64,000 nucleotides of DNA, taken from positions 37,704-101,703 of IMG/VR virus record IMGVR_UViG_3300045988_114440; one strand, written 5' to 3'. The stretch is from a virus. The notes beneath the pieces are model-generated. The model saw only the letters and a program-made list of their open reading frames with translations. It did no database searches and had not been told where the DNA came from. Within the stretch, counting starts at the first letter, position 1; every line of letters starts with the position of its first letter. Shown here in pieces: positions 16,702 through 27,031 of the stretch. The position numbers were made by a program, and so were the translations under genes.

Positions 16702-16986
16702 GTGAGTATAGGTGCTGCCGTTAAAATATTTTATAAGATGAAAAAAGAAGAGATTCAAACTATTTTATACACAATCAAAGAAGGAGACAGTATTAAAATC
16801 AAAGTACAAGACAAAAGTGAAGAGATAAGACTGCGGGATCATGTAAGAAGAGTACAGAAATACGGATACAGGTTTTGTTTGTCTCATTTACATGATGGAA
16901 TTTTCTATCTGGAGAAGTTGAAAGAAGGGGATAAGGATAAATACTATAGAGTAATAAACAGAGGAAATGGAAAGACCGGAGTATAA
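16702..16986 (+). CDS. hypothetical protein
   Basis: Co-oriented ORF. Confidence 0.4.
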   Translation: MSIGAAVKIFYKMKKEEIQTILYTIKEGDSIKIKVQDKSEEIRLRDHVRRVQKYGYRFCLSHLHDGIFYLEKLKEGDKDKYYRVINRGNGKTGV

Positions 16987-17260
16987 TAAGCTACGCAAAA
17001 TGGCTAAGACTACTCCAGGTCTGATAGTGGACGAGGTGCAAAACATGATGCGTGTATCGCTGTATGATAATGGGGAACTTAAGAAGGTGGTAGTAGTAAT
17101 GAAATGCGATTCTTTTTTACAGTCAAAAAGTAACATAGAAAAGATAATGTTATTATCATCTTCTATAGAAGATAGAAAAAACAAAGAAAAAAATAAAACA
17201 AAATCAGAAAATGAACAGAATAACAAAAATAAGAGAAGAAATAGGAGGAAAACAGGTTGA
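16967..17260 (+). CDS. hypothetical protein with K/N/R-rich tail
   Basis: Co-oriented ORF. Confidence 0.4.
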   Translation: MERPEYNKLRKMAKTTPGLIVDEVQNMMRVSLYDNGELKKVVVVMKCDSFLQSKSNIEKIMLLSSSIEDRKNKEKNKTKSENEQNNKNKRRNRRKTG

Positions 17261-17594
17261 TTTGACCTTTTACGGGCGCTTTTGCAGCCTTATCGAAGGT
17301 GATAGGAAGATAATACTAAGGGCAATAAAAAACGGTCGTAAGAAGGGCGTAATTGGGGCCATTCAGCCTGGGAGACATGATAGAATTTGGACCACATGGT
17401 CTGTCGCTTTTGATGATCTGAAGGTAGGGGATACGGTAGAGTTCAGTACATCTGGAAAATACAATCCCGGATTTCATGCTACGGAAAAGTATGTAGGGTG
17501 TGTAGAATGGATAAAAGGATCGGAATGTGCGATAAAAACCGGTAAGGGAATAGCAGTAGTATTAATTAAACACATAGAAAGGGTGGTAAAATGA
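17211..17594 (+). CDS. hypothetical protein
   Basis: Co-oriented ORF; 5' overlap with the previous gene suggests a later start. Confidence 0.4.
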   Translation: MNRITKIREEIGGKQVDLTFYGRFCSLIEGDRKIILRAIKNGRKKGVIGAIQPGRHDRIWTTWSVAFDDLKVGDTVEFSTSGKYNPGFHATEKYVGCVEWIKGSECAIKTGKGIAVVLIKHIERVVK

Positions 17595-17875
17595 TGGGGT
17601 TGAGAGAATTTGTAGAACTCTTTGATAAGAATGATGTAAAGGATTTGTTTAAGTCATTATCTTTATGTATGGAATACGTAAGGATAGATTTGCATGTATT
17701 TAATATAGGTGCCTATGTTACGTGCCTGTACAGTAATGATCTTGAATCGCTTTCACAGACAGAAGGTTGTAATGTGAATATGATAATAGAGGTACCACAC
17801 TTATTCGAAGCATTCATGGAATACGCTTCACCGGAAATGAAGTTGTATTACGAAAAACTAACAGAGACAGTATAA
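17591..17875 (+). CDS. hypothetical protein
   Basis: ATGA-type overlap with the previous gene. Confidence 0.4.
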   Translation: MMGLREFVELFDKNDVKDLFKSLSLCMEYVRIDLHVFNIGAYVTCLYSNDLESLSQTEGCNVNMIIEVPHLFEAFMEYASPEMKLYYEKLTETV

Positions 17876-17876
17876 T

Positions 17877-18350
17877 ATGAAAGAGGAAGTAGAACGGATA
17901 AAGAAGTTGGTTGGCATAGATCATAATAGATGGGAGCAGCCTTGTACATGTGATAAATGCAAGAACATGTGTGAGGTTCCTTGTATTGGTACGCCAAAAG
18001 ACATAGAAGCTATCATAGATGCCGGATACGCTGACAGGCTAAAAGAAACAATGTGGATGGTAGGGTATCTTGCAGTGAAAGAAAAACCAATAGCGATGAT
18101 CCAGCCAACAGTGAAAGACGGGTGGTGCGCATTCCGCCAGCCGGACGGTCTCTGCGAGCTGCATGACCGAGGACTAAAGCCGACCGAAGGAGTTCTGGCT
18201 TCTTGTAAGGTGGTTGAAGAAGACGATATTCCGACATACGAGACATCCGTACTTAGAGCAGTAGCTCATGAGTGGGTTAAGGTGGAGAACTTTGGAAATG
18301 TAATGAAGGTCGTTTTTAAATTTTTGCATGAAAATGAACGTAGAAAATAA
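17877..18350 (+). CDS. hypothetical Cys-rich protein
   Basis: CTCDKCKNMCEVPC cluster. Confidence 0.45.
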   Translation: MKEEVERIKKLVGIDHNRWEQPCTCDKCKNMCEVPCIGTPKDIEAIIDAGYADRLKETMWMVGYLAVKEKPIAMIQPTVKDGWCAFRQPDGLCELHDRGLKPTEGVLASCKVVEEDDIPTYETSVLRAVAHEWVKVENFGNVMKVVFKFLHENERRK

Positions 18351-18738
18351 ATTAGATAAAGTGGTTAAGATCCTAAAAGAAAAAGGATTTGTGGTATATA
18401 GAAAGGGAGGAAAGGAGCCGGGTGTATTTTACGCCAAAGAAGGTGACAGCCGGATAGGATTCGTTTATCCCAACAACGTATATATATACGACAGGATAAA
18501 AATGTGGTCTTTTTCAAGGGTGTATAAACCGCATAAGAAAACCGGGTCTTCGTGCTTAATGTGTGTCAGCGACGAATTTACTATAGAGAGTGCGATTAAG
18601 AGCATAGAGGATAGACTGTGGGTAAATTATATAAAAGACGGTAACAGAGAACGACCAGAAGAATATAAAAATATAAGAGAATTTGTTGGTAGCTTCACTA
18701 AATTCTACAACTCTGTAGAATTAGTTGAGGTTAAGTAG
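18328..18738 (+). CDS. hypothetical protein
   Basis: Co-oriented ORF. Confidence 0.45.
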   Translation: MKMNVENKLDKVVKILKEKGFVVYRKGGKEPGVFYAKEGDSRIGFVYPNNVYIYDRIKMWSFSRVYKPHKKTGSSCLMCVSDEFTIESAIKSIEDRLWVNYIKDGNRERPEEYKNIREFVGSFTKFYNSVELVEVK

Positions 18739-18757
18739 TTTTCCATGTAAGTTAGTT

Positions 18758-18796
18758 GCCGGCACTGGTCTGTGAAGATAGGTGTCGTTTTTTTTT
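18758..18796 (+). terminator. candidate intrinsic terminator
   Basis: cggcac...gtgtcg stem (one G-U) followed by T9. Confidence 0.4.
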
Positions 18797-18813
18797 AAGA
18801 AAGGAGGATAAAG

Positions 18814-19065
18814 ATGGAGAAAAGAGACAAGGAAATGCCTTACGAGGTAATCATACAGGAGAGAAACAAAGTGGATTTATACGGTAACGTAGTGTATTAT
18901 ATCTATTGGTTTGATAAATATGGGAACGATATTACAAACGAATGGAAATTCTGGAGCAAGGGTCCGAAAAAGAAATATGATAGAGTCAATCGTTATTTAA
19001 CGGACAGTTGGCTAAAGGAATACTGTGGGAATAACAATTTAAAAATAAGTAGAATAAAGGAATGA
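18814..19065 (+). CDS. hypothetical protein
   Basis: Strong AAGGAGG Shine-Dalgarno upstream. Confidence 0.45.
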   Translation: MEKRDKEMPYEVIIQERNKVDLYGNVVYYIYWFDKYGNDITNEWKFWSKGPKKKYDRVNRYLTDSWLKEYCGNNNLKISRIKE

Positions 19066-19152
19066 AGCTGGGAAAGTATGTTATGATAACAAACGAGTGT
19101 GGCGCCTTGGATATTATAAAAGAAAAATTTGACAACATAAATATAGTGGAAT

Positions 19153-19422
19153 ATGGATCTAAATAAATTGTATAAAGAAATAGAAGAAGCAGAGGTCAGT
19201 CTGAATGCAAAAAGATTAAAGTACATCAAAGAAGCATTAGCAGAAAACAATGGAATTATAAAGCTAAAATTCAAAGAATTTAAAGAGTTTAAAGAAACTA
19301 ATGATGCGTTTGACTTTGATGATCAGTTTCCGGTGATAATAGAAATTAATGGGATTCCTATGTTTTTAACGGAGGTGTATGTCAAAAAAAAACGATTTTC
19401 GTATAGTTCTGCTGGATTATGA
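19153..19422 (+). CDS. hypothetical protein
   Basis: Co-oriented ORF. Confidence 0.4.
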   Translation: MDLNKLYKEIEEAEVSLNAKRLKYIKEALAENNGIIKLKFKEFKEFKETNDAFDFDDQFPVIIEINGIPMFLTEVYVKKKRFSYSSAGL

Positions 19423-19508
19423 TGATATGACTTTAGGTGATTATGATAATACAGGGGAAAATGAACAGGTTGCTTATTTTATTAACTATTGTTTAAATCA
19501 AGACAAAG

Positions 19509-19697
19509 ATGGGAAAGAGTAGAAAAGATTATGAGAAGTTTCTTAACTCAATATCTCCAGATAGAGACGATGAGGCATGGATCATTGGAGGAAAGAACAG
19601 GTATTGCGGTAGAGAGAATTATGGCACTATGATCAAAAGGTATGATCCTATTGGTTTTAACGTAGGATACAGGGAGTGGATGGAACAGCCGGAGTAA
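19509..19697 (+). CDS. hypothetical small protein
   Basis: Co-oriented ORF. Confidence 0.35.
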   Translation: MGKSRKDYEKFLNSISPDRDDEAWIIGGKNRYCGRENYGTMIKRYDPIGFNVGYREWMEQPE

Positions 19698-19770
19698 GGC
19701 GGCGCCCGCCCTGGCATAAGGAAGAGATCATTGATAAGATAAGGCAATTATATACCTAAAATAATAGCTT

Positions 19771-20085
19771 ATGACATTTCGAGAATTTATGCAAGAAGTC
19801 GGCTATGACCTGATGACTACCTTTTGGGAGGATTTTAGTATAGCCGACAAGTATGGTATAGCAGGTGTCAAAGACACCTACAAACGTGCGTTTAGCGAAT
19901 GGAAAGACGATTATAAGTTCTTTACAGAATTGACGCTGGTATTGAATCATAAAATCTGGCAGCATTATGAAAGCAATTGTGAACTGGCTGCATTGTATGA
20001 CCGGTTGTGGAGGGAAGCTGACGAGTATGCCATGAACAACTTTAAGGGAGAAGAGCTTGATTATTATTACAGAGTAACAGATTAG
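19771..20085 (+). CDS. hypothetical protein
   Basis: Co-oriented ORF. Confidence 0.45.
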   Translation: MTFREFMQEVGYDLMTTFWEDFSIADKYGIAGVKDTYKRAFSEWKDDYKFFTELTLVLNHKIWQHYESNCELAALYDRLWREADEYAMNNFKGEELDYYYRVTD

Positions 20086-20088
20086 AAA

Positions 20089-20553
20089 GTGATTATGAAA
20101 AATACGATAGTAACAGGTAGCCTAATTGTATTCAGCGACGGATTTGTTTGGAAAAGATTGTCCAACGAAAAAGCCTACAAGATATGGGTGTCGGCAGAAA
20201 ATGAAGATTTTGAGTTATACAAGGTGAGGGTAGATGATGAGTCCGAGTCATTGATAGAAAGTTTGGAAGATTTACAGGATACCTTTAAACAAGGTCATCA
20301 TGTATGTATAGAAGTAGGTAAGCTACCGTATAGCATAGATTTGAATTATTTACGAAATCTGCAAGAGTTATCGGTGGAAGCTGTAGAGTATCTAACAGGA
20401 CCAAAAGAATATAGCAGAGAAGAGTCATTTAACATCATTCAAGAGTGGGCTAAAGAGTTTACGGAAAAATATGAAAATTATGATTTTAATGGTTCATGTT
20501 CATACTATGATGTAATAGATGCATTTATTGATGAGAAGTTAAAAACTATTTAA
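20089..20553 (+). CDS. hypothetical acidic protein
   Basis: Co-oriented ORF. Confidence 0.45.
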   Translation: MIMKNTIVTGSLIVFSDGFVWKRLSNEKAYKIWVSAENEDFELYKVRVDDESESLIESLEDLQDTFKQGHHVCIEVGKLPYSIDLNYLRNLQELSVEAVEYLTGPKEYSREESFNIIQEWAKEFTEKYENYDFNGSCSYYDVIDAFIDEKLKTI

Positions 20554-20565
20554 AATATAAAAAAC

Positions 20566-21366
20566 ATGGAAGACAGACTTATTACAACAAAAGAAGTAGG
20601 GAATTATCGTATAAAAATATACTATGATACTGACAGTATATGTCCTTGTGAAAGTTGGGATATGGCAGCATGTTTCTTATGGGAATATAGCAATTCATCC
20701 CGACTGCAAGATGTGTGCGATTGGAGAGAAGTGTTTGGTAAATACGGAGATAGACAACACTCGCTTATAGATGCACTACATAAACTTATTAGTGAATATG
20801 TTGAATGGAAAGACTTGCTGAGTTATTTTAAGAAAGGCAAGATTGACGGTTATCGACTGAGATATGATAACCATGATAAAATGTGGTATTATAAAGAAAT
20901 TTTTAGCATTTCTCCATCAGATCTTTACACGTATGATTATACGTATGAATTTATAGAAGACTTAGGATGTGAAGAATTGATTCAGATTCTTTCAGACTTA
21001 GGCAAGGATATATTTGTCAAAGAATGGTCCACAACAGGATACAGTCAAGGGGATTATGTTAAAGGTATAGCTTTCTGTACAAAGGAGAGGTACACAAAAA
21101 TGGTTAGTAATAATACTTCCGATTGGAAAACCCAAATTGACAAATTGATTGATGATGAAGTGAAATCCATAGGTATGTGGATGTGGGGAGATGTAAAGGG
21201 GTATGTGCTTGAAAAGAAAGTGAAATTTGTCAAGAAATACAAAGATGAATCCAGGGAGGATGAAGAGGGAGAAGAATGGGAAGAGGTTGATTCCTGTTGG
21301 GATTATTATATGGAAACGGACGAATTGATAGAAGAAATAATGAAAAAATATAACTTGAAAGAATGA
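20566..21366 (+). CDS. hypothetical protein (266 aa)
   Basis: Co-oriented ORF. Confidence 0.5.
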   Translation: MEDRLITTKEVGNYRIKIYYDTDSICPCESWDMAACFLWEYSNSSRLQDVCDWREVFGKYGDRQHSLIDALHKLISEYVEWKDLLSYFKKGKIDGYRLRYDNHDKMWYYKEIFSISPSDLYTYDYTYEFIEDLGCEELIQILSDLGKDIFVKEWSTTGYSQGDYVKGIAFCTKERYTKMVSNNTSDWKTQIDKLIDDEVKSIGMWMWGDVKGYVLEKKVKFVKKYKDESREDEEGEEWEEVDSCWDYYMETDELIEEIMKKYNLKE

Positions 21367-21370
21367 GGAG

Positions 21371-21793
21371 ATGGGGAGATCACGGGGGTGTATTATCAGA
21401 AAGAACACTAAAGAATTAAGAGAAAGCCTCATGTCATTAGGATATCGTTGGTTGGTGAAAGAAGAAGGAGCTAATTGCATAGTCACAAATCCAGAAATAT
21501 TAAAATACATGGAATTGCAAGAAAAATCAGTAGAAGCATGGAAGGATGAAGGATGGATAGATTGTGGAGCCAATGATGATATGTTTCTGGCTATAGCAGC
21601 ATTAGCAAATAATACTGACTTAGGTCAATGGCTGATAGTGACGGACGCCACAGGAGACAGGTGGGTAAAGTGCGAAGAGCTCCGGTTCAGAGGAGACGCG
21701 GCCTGCTTTGCGTGGCGTAAGGCTACAGTAGATGAAATTATTGAACATTTTAATAACATATTTTATGAAAACACAAGAAGAATATGCACTTGA
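21371..21793 (+). CDS. hypothetical protein
   Basis: Co-oriented ORF. Confidence 0.45.
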   Translation: MGRSRGCIIRKNTKELRESLMSLGYRWLVKEEGANCIVTNPEILKYMELQEKSVEAWKDEGWIDCGANDDMFLAIAALANNTDLGQWLIVTDATGDRWVKCEELRFRGDAACFAWRKATVDEIIEHFNNIFYENTRRICT

Positions 21794-22157
21794 AATTGAC
21801 GAAATTGTTCGCCGGGATGTGGAGAGTTGCCAAGGCGACTGGTTTGGGATTGACAGGGAGATATTTATGCAACCGGAAAACAAGAATAAGATATTTATTC
21901 TTGGAACCCGAAAGACCGGATGTGATTTAATAATACTGGGTGGCACTAATTGTGATGAAGGTAGTATGGATTGGCTTTTTGGGAGTCTTGGCAATGAAAA
22001 CTTCTATGTATGTAAACCGTTATCTTTCTACAAATCACAGCGGGAAATCCAGAAAGTAAATCCGCTGTATGCTTTCAAGGTGGCCACTGCTTATTTTAGA
22101 GAACAAGGGAAGGTTCCGGTATTTGAAGATAGTAACTGTAGATTAATAAAACTATGA
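21732..22157 (+). CDS. hypothetical protein
   Basis: Co-oriented ORF; 5' overlap suggests a later start. Confidence 0.4.
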   Translation: MKLLNILITYFMKTQEEYALEIDEIVRRDVESCQGDWFGIDREIFMQPENKNKIFILGTRKTGCDLIILGGTNCDEGSMDWLFGSLGNENFYVCKPLSFYKSQREIQKVNPLYAFKVATAYFREQGKVPVFEDSNCRLIKL

Positions 22158-22390
22158 GCATAAAAGTAATAAGATACAGGTTGCCATCTTATTGGGCTTG
22201 TCCGTTAATCAATGATGATTACACTGGATTAACGGATGAAGAATGTGAGGAAATCCAACGCTTCTTGGAAGCAGCAGAAGGTTATCCGGTAGATGTAGAC
22301 TGGGGAACGCAGGGGTTTTACCGTTGTAATGACGCAGGGACACTTCCCGGAGAGTGTGCAGATTTTATTTTTCATAAGTGTAATGATTAA
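22154..22390 (+). CDS. hypothetical protein
   Basis: ATGA-type overlap. Confidence 0.4.
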   Translation: MSIKVIRYRLPSYWACPLINDDYTGLTDEECEEIQRFLEAAEGYPVDVDWGTQGFYRCNDAGTLPGECADFIFHKCND

Positions 22391-22401
22391 ACTAAAATAA
22401 T

Positions 22402-23298
22402 ATGGAAACTGCAAACAAACTGTTTTATTCAGGTACAAAATTCTTTACAGAAAATGAAGAAGATTATAGAATAACAGTTAGAATCTCTTTGGATGATGAC
22501 TGCAAAAATAACATATGCGACTGGAGCATAACAGCCGACGTTGACTGGAAAAACAAGCATGGAAAATATGAGGATTACTTAGGAGGCTGCTGCCACGATG
22601 AAGTTGCAAAACATTTTCCGGAATTGGCGAAATTCATATCGTTGCATCTTTGTAACCATTATGGTGCTCCTATGTATCCGGTGGAAAATGGCATATATTA
22701 CGTTAGAAGAAGTGGTATGTCTGTGGCAATGGAGTATTTGCGTATATCAGAACAAGAATGCGTAGAATTATATAAAGCCTCTGAGGATAAGATGTATTTC
22801 AAGTATCTGCTTTTCAATCTGGGGATTGTGGATAGATGGAAACGTGAATCAGACGAGCTTCTTGTTGAACTTGAAGACCTGTGTGGCAAGAAATGGGTAA
22901 ATCCGTATACGCCGGAAAAGGAAAGGTTCACTTTGACATTAACGGACGAGGAACGTTTGCTTATTGAAGAGCGCATTAAAGCCGGGTATTATTCCGCAGA
23001 AAATATCGAAAAACGTAGGGAAGAGGATCATAAGGCAGAGATGTTGAAAAAGCGTGCTGAAATTTGTGAGCGATACGATAAGAGAATCAGACAAGCAGAA
23101 GCAGAAAAGAAGATAATGCTCTGTGTGTTTGATTATGGGTTGTCTACTGATAATGCTATATATTACCCTCACTTAAATACTTTATCTTTCAACTGGAATA
23201 GTTATGGAAAAAAAATCACACAGGAAGAGTTTGATGATTTTGTGAACAAGGTGGACCGCTCTCAGTTGCCGGAAGGTATCAAGTTTGAGCTTAAATAA
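22402..23298 (+). CDS. hypothetical protein (298 aa) with Cys/His cluster and coiled-coil C-terminus
   Basis: Co-oriented ORF. Confidence 0.5.
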   Translation: METANKLFYSGTKFFTENEEDYRITVRISLDDDCKNNICDWSITADVDWKNKHGKYEDYLGGCCHDEVAKHFPELAKFISLHLCNHYGAPMYPVENGIYYVRRSGMSVAMEYLRISEQECVELYKASEDKMYFKYLLFNLGIVDRWKRESDELLVELEDLCGKKWVNPYTPEKERFTLTLTDEERLLIEERIKAGYYSAENIEKRREEDHKAEMLKKRAEICERYDKRIRQAEAEKKIMLCVFDYGLSTDNAIYYPHLNTLSFNWNSYGKKITQEEFDDFVNKVDRSQLPEGIKFELK

Positions 23299-23599
23299 AA
23301 TACAGGATATGGAAAGATTGAATTTCGAAACACTGTTTCGTGTCGTAAGATGGGATTACAACCGCTGCTTTAAGGATGAATCACTGGACAAGGATTTGTT
23401 CATGGAAAAATACGGGAAAGTTATGGGAGAACATTATTACAACAAGTTTGTCCATGAGTTTAACGGGAATATCCTGAAGATGATTGGTTACTTCAGAGGT
23501 TCCGAAAAAGAAGGGCAAGTGTTCTGCGATATGATAACCGAATGTATTGAAAAATATGAACAAAGAGGATTATATAGTAGAGGTAAGTTAAACAATTAA
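23285..23599 (+). CDS. hypothetical protein
   Basis: Co-oriented ORF. Confidence 0.4.
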   Translation: MSLNKIQDMERLNFETLFRVVRWDYNRCFKDESLDKDLFMEKYGKVMGEHYYNKFVHEFNGNILKMIGYFRGSEKEGQVFCDMITECIEKYEQRGLYSRGKLNN

Positions 23600-23611
23600 A
23601 AAGATACTTAT

Positions 23612-24676
23612 ATGAACAATTCAATGGTCGCTCACTTATGGGCAAACGAAAAGCAAGAATCTGCAAATGGTAGTAACTTCTATTTTGAAGGAGAAAGTAT
23701 TTACTCCTATGGAAGACATTTTGAGGTTGGAAGAATAGTGCGAAACAAGCGTGGAGAAAAGGCGTATTTGATTAATGATACATATTATTCTTCTACTACA
23801 AGCAAGCATCAATATTATGTTCGTAAAGCAATACCAACTGGCTCAAAGATGTTCTATGTTGAATGTAATATATCATATTGTATCGGTAACATGATCTTTG
23901 TTACCAATATGTTGGAATCCATTAAAGATGCTATTGAAAAATACAAAAAAGCAAGAGCCGAATTGTCCTATCGAGATATTTGGGGAACGTTTAAAAATCT
24001 GATGGATTATATTGAGTTTTTCGATATGGGGACTCCCCAGCGTCTTCTTAAAAAGAGTGCAAACGAATGGCTTGGAACTAACCATGAATTATCATGGAAA
24101 TCAGATAAGATTAAACGTAAACATGCCCGTGAATTGAAACGTATTTTCCAGATATTGTTGAATCATCAAGCACTGGAAGTCCTTGGAACCGTTAATGTGA
24201 TTGTAGATGAAGTTTGTGGTGAAGGAACTTGGTTGAAATATTGGGAAAGAGTTGAAAGACATAGAGTAAATATAGAAACAAAACGGGAAAAAAAACGTAG
24301 GGCAAGGGAAGAAGAATTAGACAAATTTCGTAAGGATTTTTATGAAAGATTAGAAAAATGGAAGTCAGGAGAACTTAATTTCTTGCATTCATATTATTTT
24401 ATTGATATTGCTGACGTAAATGCTTGGATGCGTATAAAAGAAGGAATTATTGAAACAAGCAAACAAATAAAGATTGGGATAGAAGAAGCCAGAAGGATGT
24501 GGCAGGTGGTGTCGCTGTTGCACCGGGGAGGCCAGTTCCGGCATGGCCTGGTAGAGGATGTGAATGGCAATAAGTGGAGCATAAACCGGTATGAAAACGA
24601 TATACTGACAGCCGGGTGTCATCGTATTGCGTATAGCGAGATGGAAAGTATTGCAAAACAACTGGGATGGGTGTAA
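23612..24676 (+). CDS. hypothetical protein (354 aa)
   Basis: Preceded by a TTAAACAATTAAAAAG motif. Confidence 0.5.
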   Translation: MNNSMVAHLWANEKQESANGSNFYFEGESIYSYGRHFEVGRIVRNKRGEKAYLINDTYYSSTTSKHQYYVRKAIPTGSKMFYVECNISYCIGNMIFVTNMLESIKDAIEKYKKARAELSYRDIWGTFKNLMDYIEFFDMGTPQRLLKKSANEWLGTNHELSWKSDKIKRKHARELKRIFQILLNHQALEVLGTVNVIVDEVCGEGTWLKYWERVERHRVNIETKREKKRRAREEELDKFRKDFYERLEKWKSGELNFLHSYYFIDIADVNAWMRIKEGIIETSKQIKIGIEEARRMWQVVSLLHRGGQFRHGLVEDVNGNKWSINRYENDILTAGCHRIAYSEMESIAKQLGWV

Positions 24677-24716
24677 GTAACCCATCCTGTTTTATAACAA
24701 TTAAAAACGAAAAGAT

Positions 24717-25457
24717 ATGGAAAATCCAATTGTTGTTCCGTTTGATTTAAATACGGCGAGAAAAATTAAAAGTGGAGAAATAGAAGGTTTGGTATTAATT
24801 GACAATATTAAAATAGAATTTGTATATGAGTCAAAAGACTGTGCAGATCATTATAATTTACTTTTTGTAAAAAAAGATGGATCTGGAATAAGTGCTATAT
24901 ATGCCGATACAGAAGGTTATACTCTTGGCGGCAACCTTCTGGAATTGGAAGTGGAGGCTGGAGCGTATTTTAAGGAAGGAGATATATTAACAAGCACTAA
25001 AGGATGTCAATTCATATATGATGGACTTATTACCAATGGGGCAATGGGAAGTATATGCGGAATGACAACATATGGAGATCTTGAGTTTGATCGTTGCACA
25101 TTATGGACTGATGTGTATGACAGAGATAAAAATCGGAATGTAAGAAAGGCTATAGAAGAAGAGAAGAAATTTTTAGCAGAAAAGATTATAAAAGCCGAAG
25201 ACAGTAGAAAAATAAATATAATAAAAAGATATTTAAGTGAATATGAGTATCTATTAGATGAGATGCCGAAACACGACTTCAAACCATTTGAACGAGTGCT
25301 GGTGAGAAGAACTAACCAAGAGAGGTGGAAATTGCATTTATTCTCCAGAGGATCAGGAACATATGACGAATATGAATGTTTGGGAGGCGTAACATTTAGT
25401 CAGTGTATCCCATACGAAGGGAACGAACATCTTTTAGGAACTAATAAAAACAAATAA
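24717..25457 (+). CDS. hypothetical protein, tandem paralog A
   Basis: IVVPFDLNTARKIKSGE... DFKPFERVLVRR... CIPYEGNEHLL aligns with the 25462-26205 product. Confidence 0.5.
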   Translation: MENPIVVPFDLNTARKIKSGEIEGLVLIDNIKIEFVYESKDCADHYNLLFVKKDGSGISAIYADTEGYTLGGNLLELEVEAGAYFKEGDILTSTKGCQFIYDGLITNGAMGSICGMTTYGDLEFDRCTLWTDVYDRDKNRNVRKAIEEEKKFLAEKIIKAEDSRKINIIKRYLSEYEYLLDEMPKHDFKPFERVLVRRTNQERWKLHLFSRGSGTYDEYECLGGVTFSQCIPYEGNEHLLGTNKNK

Positions 25458-25461
25458 GATT

Positions 25462-26205
25462 ATGGAACATAAAATGGTGACAATACCGTTTGATTTAGAA
25501 ACGGCAAAGAAAATAAGAAAAGGCGAAAGGTTAGGTCAAATTGTGACAGAGAAAGGGCGAAATAGAGCAGAAATAGTATATGAAGATGATTTGTGCAATG
25601 CATACCCTTTATTGGTTGTAATTCATTCGATATCTGTAGTGATGACAGACTGGTTTTCAGTCACGGGGGAATCATTTAGCAGCGAAAATCGCCTCCTTCT
25701 TGAAGTTCCAGAATACACTACATTCAAAGATGGAGATGTGTTAAGCAACGAAGAAGGAGATTATATTTTTATCTTAAATACTAATGGGAAATATTTAACA
25801 TCTTTGTATGCGAGTCTTGCAGCGGGAACAGATTTTAATATATCGGATGATATTGCTGCAAACGGAAACAATATAGAACGTTATAGACTTGCAACAGATT
25901 CGGAAAAACAGATGATGATTTGCGCATTAAAGGCAAGCAATAATCCAAAGGCTAAGGAGTATCTGAAACGTTTCTTCGGAATTGAAGAAAAGCCGAAATA
26001 TGATTTTAAGCCGTTTGACAAAGTGCTGGTAAGAGACGAGGGCGATAAAGAATGGCATATCAGCTTGTTTGCAAGGGAAATTGTGGACGATTCTGATGGA
26101 TTATCTTATAAGTATGAATGTTCCAATGGAACATTATGGGACTGTTGCATTCCTTTTGAGGGCAATGAATGTCTTTTAGAAACTGCTGAAAATCCAGAAA
26201 AATGA
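25462..26205 (+). CDS. hypothetical protein, tandem paralog B
   Basis: VTIPFDLETAKKIRKGE... DFKPFDKVLVRD... CIPFEGNECLL. Confidence 0.5.
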   Translation: MEHKMVTIPFDLETAKKIRKGERLGQIVTEKGRNRAEIVYEDDLCNAYPLLVVIHSISVVMTDWFSVTGESFSSENRLLLEVPEYTTFKDGDVLSNEEGDYIFILNTNGKYLTSLYASLAAGTDFNISDDIAANGNNIERYRLATDSEKQMMICALKASNNPKAKEYLKRFFGIEEKPKYDFKPFDKVLVRDEGDKEWHISLFAREIVDDSDGLSYKYECSNGTLWDCCIPFEGNECLLETAENPEK

Positions 26206-26459
26206 AAACGGTAAAGTTATCTGATTTTTCTCCTTATGACAGAAACAAAGGAGGAATACAAGAATTGCATCATAAAATTGAGTCCAAAATACTTCAGTAT
26301 TGGGGTGAAGGTGGTGGCATTCTGATAGGCATCACTCCGATATATAAGAGACGTTTGTGGAGCGAAGAAGTGAAAGCTATAAATAACTACAAACAACATG
26401 AAACAGAACTGAAGAATTTACAGACTTTTGATATAACATTTAGAAAGAAGGGGTCATGA
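26202..26459 (+). CDS. hypothetical protein
   Basis: Overlapping stop/start. Confidence 0.4.
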   Translation: MKTVKLSDFSPYDRNKGGIQELHHKIESKILQYWGEGGGILIGITPIYKRRLWSEEVKAINNYKQHETELKNLQTFDITFRKKGS

Positions 26460-26611
26460 ATAAAACAGACGAATCAAAAGAACAAGATCAGCATTGTAGT
26501 ATATGTAAGTTTTACCAGTGCGTGAATTTCTTTATGTACTGTACGAAATTACAGCATCGTATCAAAGCGTCCAGAAAGAACGGTTGTAAACATTTTGAAA
26601 GGCATAAATAA
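26456..26611 (+). CDS. 51-aa Cys-rich (zinc-ribbon-like) peptide
   Basis: ATGA overlap with the previous gene; CSICKF..C...C...C; too short for the ORF track. Confidence 0.3.
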   Translation: MNKTDESKEQDQHCSICKFYQCVNFFMYCTKLQHRIKASRKNGCKHFERHK

Positions 26612-26719
26612 AAGAGAAATGAAAATATTAGCGTTAGATATATTTACGAAAAAATGTAGATAAAACGCATTCACTATCAGTTTTGACGTTTGTGGACACT
26701 ACATTAAAATCATAAAAAT

Positions 26720-26974
26720 ATGTATGAGAATATTTTAAGCAACATGTTAGGATGTCAGACATATTGTATATCAGACAGTCCTTCGAATAGATACTGTCTT
26801 ATTGGACCTATTGAGTGCAATGATAAGTTAATAGAAGTGTTTAAGAAGGGGATAGTAGTAAAACTCAAATACGTGGAAAAACGGGTCCTGGATACATTTA
26901 CGGACAACGGAATCAACCTGAGCAATTACACTCACTGTATTATTGTGAAGCGGAATTTTTATCTCGCTTGGTAA
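26720..26974 (+). CDS. hypothetical protein
   Basis: Co-oriented ORF. Confidence 0.35.
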   Translation: MYENILSNMLGCQTYCISDSPSNRYCLIGPIECNDKLIEVFKKGIVVKLKYVEKRVLDTFTDNGINLSNYTHCIIVKRNFYLAW

Positions 26975-27031
26975 CAGCAAAATATAAACGATATGAATAA
27001 TTTTATAAGGTATATAATCACATAGAATATT

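Noticed and set aside
20998-21573. 191-aa - strand ORF
   Set aside because: Antisense to two well-packed + strand genes; hydrophobic low-complexity translation.
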